The notes below the pieces were generated by a model that was not told where the DNA came from, searched no databases, and saw only the letters and a list, made by a program, of their open reading frames with translations. A program made the translations under genes and the position numbers. From Planctomycetota bacterium (GTDB lineage Bacteria; Planctomycetota; UBA1135; UBA2386), in NCBI GenBank assembly GCA_965228735.1, contig OZ245838.1, forward strand, positions 4,080,011 through 4,144,010: a stretch of DNA of 64,000 nucleotides, given 5' to 3'. Of the stretch, positions 17,063 through 25,482 are shown piece after piece (position 1 is the stretch's first letter; each line of letters begins with the position of its first letter).

Positions 17063-18163
17063 TCATTTCCCCGTTGGCGCCGCCTCTTTGCTGACGAGCA
17101 GACGCTTCTTGAGCACGTCGCGAATCAGCGCATTGTCGAGCATCTGGATGATCTCGTTGACCTTGTCCTTCTGCATGAACTCGAACGTCTTGAGGACCTC
17201 GGTCTGGCCGTCGTCGGTCTTCCACTGCTGCTGTATCAGCTCGGCGGCCTTCTGGGCCTCGAACGACTCGAGCGTCTTCGCGTTGCGACGCAGCGCCTCG
17301 ACCTCATCGTTGCGCACGAGCTTGACCTGATCCTGGAACTGCCGGATGCGCTCGTCGAGCCGCCGCTGCGCGCTGACGATGTCCTCGCGCATGCGACCGA
17401 GCTCGAGATGCCGCCGGCTGACGTCGTCGGCCAGCTCTTGCAGTTCTTTCTCGCGCAGATCGAGCGCGGTCTTGCGCTTGCCGAGGTCCTCGAGCTCGAG
17501 CTGCACGCGCTCCCACGCTTCGTTGAGCTGCTCCGGCGAGATTCCCGCCGGCATACCCTGGAAGTTGAAGAACCCGCCCGGCGCGTAACGGTTGGTCTGC
17601 TCCTGCGCGAGCGCGATCTCACGCGCCGAGAAGTCACGCTCCGCACTGCCGGCACCGTGCCCACTCGGTGCCCGCGCCGGGGCCGGCGTGTGCGTGCCCT
17701 CGGCTTTCTTGTGACCGTCCTCCTCGGCGTGCGCATCGTCGCCATGACCGTCGTCGGCACCGTGGCCACCGCCGTGGCCACCGCCGTGACCCCCGCCATG
17801 CCCGTCGTCGCCGCCCTCGGGTTCCGGATTGAGCACCGACTTGCCGGTCTTGACCGGCCGGGGCCCCTGCGGGCCGGGCGCCTGACCGCCTTCGTGGCCG
17901 GCCTCGGTCGTGCCCGGCTCACCGCTGTGCGAGCCCTCCGCGACCTCGCCGTGCGGCGCGGCACCGGGTTGACCTTCGGCGTGGGCTCCGTCCTCGCCGG
18001 CCTCCTCGCCATGGCCGTCGGGCGGCGGGGGGAAGAACGAACTCAACACCGGGATGTTGGCGACGCCCTCGTGGTTGAGGCGGCCCGTCGCAGCGAGCCC
18101 ACCGATCAGCGAGCCACCGAACAGGAGCACCCCGATCACACCGTTCACGATCAGCTTCTTCAC
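17063..18163 (-). CDS. YlxF/MotE-like flagellar operon protein (MgtE_N-like C-terminus) with His/Gly/acid-rich linker
   Basis: GTG at 18163 forms a GTGA overlap with the fliJ stop, with GGGAGGG upstream. N-terminal TM (KKLIVNGVIGVLLFGGSLIGGLAA). His/Gly-rich low-complexity stretch (DDGHGGGHGGGHGGGHGADDGHGDDAHAEEDGH). Coiled coil, then a C-terminus AAELIQQQW...KVNEIIQMLDNALIRDVLKKRL resembling MotE/YlxF. Confidence 0.65.
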   Translation of the reverse strand: MKKLIVNGVIGVLLFGGSLIGGLAATGRLNHEGVANIPVLSSFFPPPPDGHGEEAGEDGAHAEGQPGAAPHGEVAEGSHSGEPGTTEAGHEGGQAPGPQGPRPVKTGKSVLNPEPEGGDDGHGGGHGGGHGGGHGADDGHGDDAHAEEDGHKKAEGTHTPAPARAPSGHGAGSAERDFSAREIALAQEQTNRYAPGGFFNFQGMPAGISPEQLNEAWERVQLELEDLGKRKTALDLREKELQELADDVSRRHLELGRMREDIVSAQRRLDERIRQFQDQVKLVRNDEVEALRRNAKTLESFEAQKAAELIQQQWKTDDGQTEVLKTFEFMQKDKVNEIIQMLDNALIRDVLKKRLLVSKEAAPTGK

Positions 18164-18585
18164 TTCTTGCCCTCCCGGATGAGCTGCGCGAGCTCGTCGA
18201 GTTCTGCCTGTTCGGTCCGCTGCGAGTCCACGCGCCACTCCTCGTGCTCACGTTCCCGCCACTGCTCGAGCGCCCCGAGCTCCCGCTTCTTCTGCACGTA
18301 GTCCGCACGCACGGTCTCGAGCTGCGCCGCCATCTGACGCTGCCGCGTCAACAGCTGGAACTCGTGCCGCGACAGCCCGGCTGCAAGCGCACTTGCGAGC
18401 GTTTCACCGAGCCCGCCACGCGCTGCCGCTTCGCTGAACTCGCGGCGACCGTGCGCCGCCGCGACCAGCTGTTGATCGACCTCGTGCAACGCCGCCGTCG
18501 CCCGCGCGAGCTCACGCCGCGACGCGCGCTCGAGCTGGGAGCGCAACCGCAGCAGCGGATCGAGTCGGAAACGAAATCGGCGCAT
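18160..18585 (-). CDS. fliJ: Flagellar export chaperone-like protein FliJ
   Basis: 141-aa all-helical coiled-coil protein starting MRRFRFRLDPLLRLR (typical FliJ N-terminus). Lies between fliI and the ylxF-like gene. Confidence 0.75.
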   Translation of the reverse strand: MRRFRFRLDPLLRLRSQLERASRRELARATAALHEVDQQLVAAAHGRREFSEAAARGGLGETLASALAAGLSRHEFQLLTRQRQMAAQLETVRADYVQKKRELGALEQWREREHEEWRVDSQRTEQAELDELAQLIREGKK

Positions 18586-18650
18586 ATCGCTCTATCGACC
18601 GTGACACGGGCGGTTCGTGAGCGCATTGCCGGGTTTCGGAAGGCCGCGAC

Positions 18651-19964
18651 TCACCCCGCTGCAGCCGCGTCGAGCAGCTGCAGCGTCGCCGCTGCCGGCC
18701 GCAGTCCGGGCGCGCCGAACAACAGCTGCTCGATCGCCGGCTGTTGGGCAATCGCACGATCGAGCTCCGGATCGGACCCCGGGCGATAGGCACCGACCGT
18801 TACGAGATCACGATTCTCCTCATAGCGCGCCATCAGCGTGCGCACCTTCTGCGCCGCATCGCGGTGCGCGTCCGTCGTCACCTTGGGCATCAGGCGGCTG
18901 ACCGAACCGAGCACGTCGATCGCCGGGAAGTTGCCGCGCTCGGCCACGCGGCGGCTGAGCACGATGTGACCGTCGAGGTAGCCGCGCATCGCGTCGGCCA
19001 CGGGTTCGTTCATGTCGTCGCCGTCCACGAGGACGGTGAACAGGCCGGTGATCGTGCCGCGCACGTCGTTGCCGAGACGTTCGACGAGGCGCGGCAGCAA
19101 CGAGAACAGCGACGGCGGATAGCCGCGCAGAGTCGGAGGTTCACCGGCGGCGAGGCCGACCTCGCGCACGGCCGTCGCATAGCGCGTCACCGAGTCCATC
19201 ATGAACATCACGTCCGCGCCTTGATCACGGAACGACTCCGCGATGGTCACGGCAGCCAGCGGCGCCTTCATGCGCAGCATCGGCGGCTCGTCGGACGTGC
19301 ACGCGATGACGACGCTCTTCTGCAACCCCTCCGGGCCGAGGGTGTCGGCGACGAACTCACCGACCTCGCGGCCGCGTTCGCCGATGAGTGCGATCACGTT
19401 GACCTGGCCGGCGTCGCTCTTGGCGATGTTGCCCATGAGCGTCGACTTGCCGACGCCCGAGCCCGCGAAGATGCCGACGCGCTGGCCCTTGCCGCACGTC
19501 AACATGCCGTCGATCGCGGAAACGCCGGTCTCGATCGGCTCGTGAATCGGCGCGCGCTGCAGTGGCGACGGGCTCGAACCGACGAGCGCGCGACTCATCC
19601 CCCCTGGCGCCGGACCACCATCCAGCGGGCGGCCGAGCGCGTCCACGACTCGACCGAGCAGCGCGGGACCGACGGGCACTTCGAGCGGCCGGTGTTCGTT
19701 GACCACCCGGTCCCACGGCGCCACGCGGTGGTGGTCGCCGAGCGTCAGCACGACGGTGTCGTCGCCGTCGAAGCCGACGACCTCGGCCGGGATCGGCGTC
19801 TCGCCGCCCTCGGCCGCAATGGTGCAGACATCGCCGATCGCCGCGTGCAGGCCCTGCACGTGCACCGCGATCCCGCGGATCGCGCGAACGCGCCCTTCGG
19901 CCCGGGGGCGATTCACGGCGCGGGCGCTGTCCAGCGCGCGCCGCAGCTCGGCCGGCAACGTCAC
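18651..19964 (-). CDS. fliI: Flagellum-specific ATP synthase FliI
   Basis: Walker A GSGVGKSTL, Walker B-like VMFMMDSVTR. Strong F1/T3SS ATPase pattern throughout. GTG start overlaps the fliH stop (GTGA). Confidence 0.96.
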   Translation of the reverse strand: MTLPAELRRALDSARAVNRPRAEGRVRAIRGIAVHVQGLHAAIGDVCTIAAEGGETPIPAEVVGFDGDDTVVLTLGDHHRVAPWDRVVNEHRPLEVPVGPALLGRVVDALGRPLDGGPAPGGMSRALVGSSPSPLQRAPIHEPIETGVSAIDGMLTCGKGQRVGIFAGSGVGKSTLMGNIAKSDAGQVNVIALIGERGREVGEFVADTLGPEGLQKSVVIACTSDEPPMLRMKAPLAAVTIAESFRDQGADVMFMMDSVTRYATAVREVGLAAGEPPTLRGYPPSLFSLLPRLVERLGNDVRGTITGLFTVLVDGDDMNEPVADAMRGYLDGHIVLSRRVAERGNFPAIDVLGSVSRLMPKVTTDAHRDAAQKVRTLMARYEENRDLVTVGAYRPGSDPELDRAIAQQPAIEQLLFGAPGLRPAAATLQLLDAAAAG

Positions 19965-20554
19965 CGCGCGACCTCGCGCCGAACCTCGGCGCAGACTCGT
20001 TCGAGAGCGTCACGCGGATCGTACCGCAGCCGACCGGCGTCCGTTTCGACCCGCGCCGCGCCGCGCGCGACCTGCGGATCGGGCACGAAGCGCGTCGCCT
20101 TCAGCTGTTCCGTGAGCCCGGGCATCGCCGCGAGTCGGGTCTGCGCGAGTTCGAGATCCTCGGGATGGAGATGCACCTCGATCTCGGAGTCCTTCGCGCC
20201 ACGGATGCAATCGCGCAGACTCCGTGCGACGACTGGCACGACGTCGACCGAACCCTGATCGAGTGCGGCTCCGACGATCTCACGCGCGACGCCGAGGCCG
20301 AGTTCGACGGCCAGACCGGCGACTTCATCGAGCCGCTGATTCACTTGGCCAGGCAGGGCCTGAAACGCCTGCAGCGTCGAGTCGACGATCGCCCGCAACG
20401 CGGCCGAGTCCTCGCCCTCACGCTTCTGCCGATCACGCAGGGTCATGAGCCAGCGCACGCGCGTGGCCTTCTTGCTGTCCGCGGCGGGACGCGCGTCGTG
20501 CAGCTCGAGCCGCCGCAACGGCTCGTCCATCGGCACCCGGATCGTCGTAGCCAT
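19961..20554 (-). CDS. fliH: Flagellar assembly protein FliH
   Basis: 197 aa, positioned between fliG and fliI with a 4-nt overlap to fliI. C-terminal region (ARVETDAGRLRYDPRDALERV) resembles FliH/YscL. Confidence 0.75.
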   Translation of the reverse strand: MATTIRVPMDEPLRRLELHDARPAADSKKATRVRWLMTLRDRQKREGEDSAALRAIVDSTLQAFQALPGQVNQRLDEVAGLAVELGLGVAREIVGAALDQGSVDVVPVVARSLRDCIRGAKDSEIEVHLHPEDLELAQTRLAAMPGLTEQLKATRFVPDPQVARGAARVETDAGRLRYDPRDALERVCAEVRREVAR

Positions 20555-20566
20555 GATGAGTCCGGG

Positions 20567-21580
20567 TTAGACGAACTGCTCCGCGCCGCCGACCTTGATC
20601 TCGCCCTTGTCCATCATCTCCCGGATGATCTTGAGGATCTCCTGCTGGGCCTCGAGCACATCCGTGAGCGCGGTCGGACCGAGTGAGTCGCGTTCCTCGC
20701 GCACCATGTCGGCAGCGCGCTTGCTCAGGTTGCCGAGGACCGTCTCCTCCACCTGCGACGTCGTCGCCTTCAGCGCGACGGCGAGCTGACGCGAGTCCAC
20801 TGCGGCCAGGACCTTCTGAATCGACTTCTTGTCGAGTTTGCCGACATCGTCGAACGTGAACATCTCTTCCCGGATCGCTACGGCGATGCTCTCGTCCAGG
20901 GTCTCGATGCGTTCGAGCACGTCTTTCTCGCCACCACCGAGGTTGTTGAGCATCGAGGCAGCGGCCTTGATCCACGCGCCCGGCTCGGCTCGCAGCGACG
21001 TCAACCCGAGGTCCTTGACCTTGCGCCGCATCACTTCCAGAACCCGCTGGACGACTTCGCCCGGCGTTCGGTCGAGGGTCGCGACCCGGTGAACCACGTC
21101 AGCCCGCAGGTCCTCGCCCAGGTGCACGAGGACCTCCCCGGCCTTCTTGCGATCGAGGTGCGCGATGAAGACGGCAGCGATCTGGGGATGCTCTTCCGTC
21201 AACAGGCCCGCCAGGTCGGACGGCGTCAACGACTCGAACATCGCGAACGGCCGCTTGGCCAGGATGTCGCTGTTCGCCCGCCGCGAGACGTCGTCGCCCC
21301 GCTCCTCGCCGAACGCTCGCTTCAGGACCCCACTCATCAGGCCGTCGACGTCGCCGAGGCCGAGGCCTCCGCTCTGACGCATCAGCGTCGTCGAGCGCTC
21401 GAATACTTCGAGCATCGCGTCACGGTCGATCGTGATCTCCTGCAGCTCCTGCATCGCCCGGGTGATCTTCTCGACGGCGTCGTCACTGATGCAACGCAGC
21501 ACCTGCGCCGCCATCTCCTGATCGATGGACAGCAGCAGAACGGCGATTGCCTTGTCGGGAGACAGCGATGCGTCGGACAT
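20567..21580 (-). CDS. fliG: Flagellar motor switch protein FliG
   Basis: 337 aa. EHPQIAAVFIAHLD and EEMFTFDDVGKLD motifs and a FliG C-terminal torque helix region. Confidence 0.95.
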   Translation of the reverse strand: MSDASLSPDKAIAVLLLSIDQEMAAQVLRCISDDAVEKITRAMQELQEITIDRDAMLEVFERSTTLMRQSGGLGLGDVDGLMSGVLKRAFGEERGDDVSRRANSDILAKRPFAMFESLTPSDLAGLLTEEHPQIAAVFIAHLDRKKAGEVLVHLGEDLRADVVHRVATLDRTPGEVVQRVLEVMRRKVKDLGLTSLRAEPGAWIKAAASMLNNLGGGEKDVLERIETLDESIAVAIREEMFTFDDVGKLDKKSIQKVLAAVDSRQLAVALKATTSQVEETVLGNLSKRAADMVREERDSLGPTALTDVLEAQQEILKIIREMMDKGEIKVGGAEQFV

Positions 21581-21586
21581 GGGGAC

Positions 21587-23101
21587 TCAGGCGCTCTGTT
21601 CGACCAACCAGGACTCGAGCAGACGCGCGAGCGCGGCCGGATCGCTCGCGATCGCGCGCTCGATCTCGCGGCGCATCTTGCGCTGCTGCTCCTCGGGGCT
21701 CAGATCCCGCTCCGGAACCTCTTCGGCGCCGGCAACACCGGCGCTCGGGGCCCCGGCCGCGCTGCGGCCACCGGAGCGCTTGAAGAGGCCTCGAAGGAAG
21801 AACAAGACGACGATCACGCCGAGGATCTGCCCGACCGTCGGTGCCCAGCGCGCTGCAACGTCGATGAAGCCGGTCTCCGAAGTGATCAGCTCGAGGGGTT
21901 CGACGGGCGCGAACTCACCCGGCATCACACTGAAGGACTCGTCGCTGTCGCGCTGGCTGTCCCAGCCGACCATCGTCTTCACGGATCGCGTGAGTTCGTC
22001 CTTGTTGAAGCCGTCGGCGTCTTCGAGCGAGCGATCGTAGACGAGCGCGACGCTCAGACGCCTGATCTCCGGCGCGTGTTTGCCGGAGCGGCGCTCGCCG
22101 ATCTCGGTCACGAACTCGCGATCCTTGGTCTCGTCCTTGGTCGTGTTGGTCGTCACGGGATCGCCGACACCCGAGGTCGCCACGCCGACTGCGTTGGCAT
22201 CGCCGCTGGATTGCTCCGACGTCTTCTTCGTCGACTTCTCCGATCGCAGGAGCTCTTCCTTGGGCAGCACCTTCTCGGAGATGACCTCCCACGCCGGGTC
22301 GAGCTCCACGGTCACGGCCACCGACGTCTTGCCGGGCCACAGCTGATCGAGCAGCTCCTGCGCGCGGATGGTCTTCTCCCGCGCGATGTTCCGCTGCATC
22401 GCCATGAACTCGGACGACCCGCCGCCCGCTTCGCGATCGGGGTCGTAACGCCAGCGCGCGCCGCCCACCGCATTCGCGACGGTGACGTTCGGCAGCGGGA
22501 TCCCGAGCTGCGACGCCGTCGCCGCTGCCGCCGTGTGCGCCGTCGCCTCGAACGGCGTACCCATGCGCAGCTTCAGCAGGACGGTCGCCGTCGGCTGATT
22601 GGCGCGCGCGGTGTCGACGAACGCACGCACGCGCCGGGCGGCCGCCGCCGTGATGTTCACGCCCGTGACACCCTCGATGTTGCGAACCGCGCTCTCGGCG
22701 CGCGCGATCGACGCGTTGGCGAGCTTCCAGGCCTTGGTCTGCGCGTCGTCGATGATCGACGATGCATCCAGTCCATCGTCCTTGGCCTCGGACATGAGCC
22801 CGGCCTCGCGCAACGCAACGGCAGCCATGCTGACATCGTCCGCGTCCACCATGAAGCTCATGCCGTCGGGGACGTAGGAGATGTTGTTGGACTCGAGCGC
22901 GCGTCTCGCCGAAGCGAGTTCGTCGCTCGATGTGCCCGTGAACACCGTCCGGTAGCTCGGTTGGCCCGCGTACCAGACGATCGCGCCGAGACCGACCACC
23001 GTCGCGAGCAGGACCGATGCGACGACGAGCCGCTGCCCGCCGTCGAGCCGAGCCCAGATGCCGCGGAGCTGCTGGGAGAAATCCGTGAAGAAGGCACGCA
23101 T
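21587..23101 (-). CDS. fliF: Flagellar MS-ring protein FliF
   Basis: 504 aa. N-terminal TM (LVVASVLLATVVGLGAIVWY), YscJ/FliF periplasmic domains and a second TM near the C-terminus (ILGVIVVLFFL). Confidence 0.93.
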   Translation of the reverse strand: MRAFFTDFSQQLRGIWARLDGGQRLVVASVLLATVVGLGAIVWYAGQPSYRTVFTGTSSDELASARRALESNNISYVPDGMSFMVDADDVSMAAVALREAGLMSEAKDDGLDASSIIDDAQTKAWKLANASIARAESAVRNIEGVTGVNITAAAARRVRAFVDTARANQPTATVLLKLRMGTPFEATAHTAAAATASQLGIPLPNVTVANAVGGARWRYDPDREAGGGSSEFMAMQRNIAREKTIRAQELLDQLWPGKTSVAVTVELDPAWEVISEKVLPKEELLRSEKSTKKTSEQSSGDANAVGVATSGVGDPVTTNTTKDETKDREFVTEIGERRSGKHAPEIRRLSVALVYDRSLEDADGFNKDELTRSVKTMVGWDSQRDSDESFSVMPGEFAPVEPLELITSETGFIDVAARWAPTVGQILGVIVVLFFLRGLFKRSGGRSAAGAPSAGVAGAEEVPERDLSPEEQQRKMRREIERAIASDPAALARLLESWLVEQSA

Positions 23102-23104
23102 CGA

Positions 23105-23491
23105 TCAGACCGCCGACCTCGACAGCTTCTCCCAGGCCTCGACGAGCTTGTTGCGCACCTCGAGCATGAGGTTGAACGTCACCTCGCTCTTGTTGGCAGC
23201 GACCATGACGTCGTGGAGCTCGACGTCCTCACCCATGATGAGGCCCTTGTACTTCGCGTCGACGTCGTTCTGCATCTTGCGCAGCGCGCCGAGAGAGTCC
23301 GCGAGCGCCTTGCCGAACGTGCCCTGTTCCGCAGCAGCGTCGACGCCTTCGCCGAGCGGGCGGAACGGGTCCTGGCCGATCGCCATCGGCCCGGCGCCGT
23401 CACCGCCACTCGTGGGGCGCTCACCGCCGAGCGGTGCGCCCTTGTAGAACTTGTCGAACCCCGTCACTGGGGGCAGGTCGAAGCCGCTCAT
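23105..23491 (-). CDS. fliE: Flagellar hook-basal body complex protein FliE
   Basis: C-terminus DVMVAANKSEVTFNLMLEVRNKLVEAWEKLSR matches the conserved FliE C-terminal helix. GAGGAG sits upstream of the ATG. Confidence 0.87.
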   Translation of the reverse strand: MSGFDLPPVTGFDKFYKGAPLGGERPTSGGDGAGPMAIGQDPFRPLGEGVDAAAEQGTFGKALADSLGALRKMQNDVDAKYKGLIMGEDVELHDVMVAANKSEVTFNLMLEVRNKLVEAWEKLSRSAV

Positions 23492-23560
23492 CGTCTCCTC
23501 ACTCCGGGTTCACGCTTCGTTGGCGCTGTCGCGCCGAGGTATATGGACTGCGGGTGCCGT

Positions 23561-24001
23561 CTACTTGCCCATGTTGTCGATGATCTTCTGGAGCATCGCC
23601 TTGTAGGTGCGCATCGCCGCGAGGTTCGCGTCCACGCTGCGCGAGATCACCTGCATGTCGGCGAGTTCCTGGAACAGCTCGACATTGCTGCCGAGCACCA
23701 TCCCCTTCTCGTCCGCGTCCGGGTGTCCCGGCTGATAGAACGCCGGGAACGGCGAGCTGTCGTCCACCACGTCGACGACCCTGGCGCCGCCGCTGAAGTC
23801 GGTGTCGCGACTGCTGATCTCGCCGTTGAGCACCTCTTCGAACACCGCGATCTTGCGCCGATAGGGCTCCTGCTGGGAGTTGCCCGTCCGGTGCATGTTG
23901 ACGAGGTTCGACGACACGATCTCGGAGCGCGCCATCTCGGCGCGCAGCCCGGTAGCCGAGATGTCGAACCCCTGGAAGACTCCGCTCATTGCCCCGACCA
24001 T
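23561..24001 (-). CDS. flgC: Flagellar basal-body rod protein FlgC
   Basis: 146 aa. Rod N-terminal motif (ISATGLRAEMARSEIVSSNLVNMHRT) and a conserved C-terminal segment (RSVDANLAAMRTYKAMLQKIIDN). Confidence 0.95.
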   Translation of the reverse strand: MVGAMSGVFQGFDISATGLRAEMARSEIVSSNLVNMHRTGNSQQEPYRRKIAVFEEVLNGEISSRDTDFSGGARVVDVVDDSSPFPAFYQPGHPDADEKGMVLGSNVELFQELADMQVISRSVDANLAAMRTYKAMLQKIIDNMGK

Positions 24002-24007
24002 GGCTCA

Positions 24008-24364
24008 TTACCTCCCGAAAACGGCCTTGTTGAGGTTCGACTTGTAGCCGCTCAGACGCTGCGTCATCAGATCGTGCAGCAACGCGGTCTTGCCCAGCAA
24101 CGCCAGCTCGTCCATGAGCACGACGTTGTTCTGACCCTGCGGGCCGGAGTCGACACGAACGATCTCGTGTGACACGCGTCCGAGATCCTCGCCGGCACCC
24201 GCGCGCGCGCGCTCGGCCGTCAGCAGGTCCTCGAATCGAACCTCGAAGCGCTTGAAACCCGGCGTGTTCTGATTGGCGATGTTGTGCATCGCCATCTTGG
24301 TCCGCGCGGACAGCGCCCCGAGCACTTGTCGGGTGAACGCGGTGTCTTTATCGAAATCGATCAT
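24008..24364 (-). CDS. flgB: Flagellar basal-body rod protein FlgB
   Basis: Internal ATG (24362-24364) of track ORF 24008..24484 gives 118 aa with the rod motif MHNIANQNTPGFKR. First gene of the block. Confidence 0.92.
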   Translation of the reverse strand: MIDFDKDTAFTRQVLGALSARTKMAMHNIANQNTPGFKRFEVRFEDLLTAERARAGAGEDLGRVSHEIVRVDSGPQGQNNVVLMDELALLGKTALLHDLMTQRLSGYKSNLNKAVFGR

Positions 24365-24504
24365 TCTCTCTCTACCTGGGCAACGCCTGCATCGGCAGTT
24401 CGCCGTGTCCGCCTTGAGACCGGCAGTTCGAGAGCCGCGACAATTCGGCAACCGCTGTCGAGAAATCCGACGCGCCCCCATCACGCGGTTATGCTGCGTC
24501 GTTC

Positions 24505-25482
24505 ATGCCTGATTCCACCACGTCTCCGGAGCAGGAGGGTGATTTCGAGGTCTCACCGGACTTGCACGCCGATCTCGTCGCCTCGGTCCGCGACCTGTTG
24601 ACGCAAGATCGGCCGGAGATCCCGCCACGCTTCCTCTACGACGAGCTCGGCTCGCGCCTGTTCGAGGTCATCACGGCCTTGCCGGACTACTACCCGACGC
24701 GCACCGAAGCCGCGATCTGGCGCGATCACATCGCCGCGATCACGGCTGCCCGGCCCGTCGCCGGCTGCACGATGATCGATCTCGGCGCCGGCAATTGTCA
24801 GAAGGCCGCGTCGCTGTTCGATGCGGTCGAGCCCGCAGGCTACCTGGCAGTCGACGTCTCGGCCGACTTCCTCGAGGAAGCCCTCGCCCGGCTGCGGCTG
24901 AAGTTCCCGACCATCGAAATGATGGGCTACGGCGCCGACTTCTTCGAGAACCTCGAGCTGCCCGATATCCCGCAGGAGCGCCGCCTGTTCTTCTATCCCG
25001 GCTCGTCCATCGGCAACTTCACCCGCGACGGCGCGCTGCGCTTCCTCGAGTCCGTCCGCGCCCAGATGTGCGCCGACTCGACGCTGTGGATCACCGCGGA
25101 CCTCGACAAGGACCCAGCCGTGCTCGAGCGCGCGTACGACGACGAGCTCGGCGTCACGGCGGCGTTCAACAAGAACTCGCTCTATCACCTCAACGAGGTC
25201 GCCGGGACCGACTTCCGGCTCCCGGACTGGCAGCACGTCGCGTTCTACGACCGCGACAAGATGCGGATCGAGATGCACCTCGAGGCCGTCCGGGATGTCA
25301 CCGTGTCGTGGCCCGGCGGCAGCCGCGAGTTCGAGAAGGGCAACCGGATGCACACCGAGAACTCGCACAAGAACACCGTCGCGACGTTCAACGAGCTGCT
25401 GCAGCAGGCCGGGCTCCGGACGGTCCAGCACTGGACCGACGAACGCGACTGGGTCGGCTTCTTCGTCGCGGCGCCGGCGTGA
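24505..25482 (+). CDS. egtD: L-histidine N-alpha-methyltransferase (ergothioneine biosynthesis)
   Basis: PPRFLYDELGSRLFEVITALPDYYPTRTE signature, SAM-binding DLGAGNCQK and the YPGSSIGNF motif, as in the EgtD family. Confidence 0.9.
   Translation: MPDSTTSPEQEGDFEVSPDLHADLVASVRDLLTQDRPEIPPRFLYDELGSRLFEVITALPDYYPTRTEAAIWRDHIAAITAARPVAGCTMIDLGAGNCQKAASLFDAVEPAGYLAVDVSADFLEEALARLRLKFPTIEMMGYGADFFENLELPDIPQERRLFFYPGSSIGNFTRDGALRFLESVRAQMCADSTLWITADLDKDPAVLERAYDDELGVTAAFNKNSLYHLNEVAGTDFRLPDWQHVAFYDRDKMRIEMHLEAVRDVTVSWPGGSREFEKGNRMHTENSHKNTVATFNELLQQAGLRTVQHWTDERDWVGFFVAAPA

Noticed and set aside
17063-18163. Calling this gene fliK (hook-length control) because of its position after fliJ
   Set aside because: The C-terminus is a coiled coil plus a MgtE_N/MotE-like helical repeat, not the FliK C-terminal Flg_hook domain. 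The N-terminal TM is also atypical for FliK.
21089-24172. 1027-aa plus-strand ORF antisense to fliG/fliF/fliE/flgC/flgB
   Set aside because: The reason is the same: it shadows five well-supported flagellar genes and has no motifs.
24365-24504. Sigma-54 (TGGCAC-N5-TTGC) or sigma-28 promoter upstream of flgB
   Set aside because: There is no GG-N10-GC arrangement with correct spacing. Only a GCCGAT hexamer was found, without a properly spaced TAAA -35 box. That is insufficient to call a promoter.
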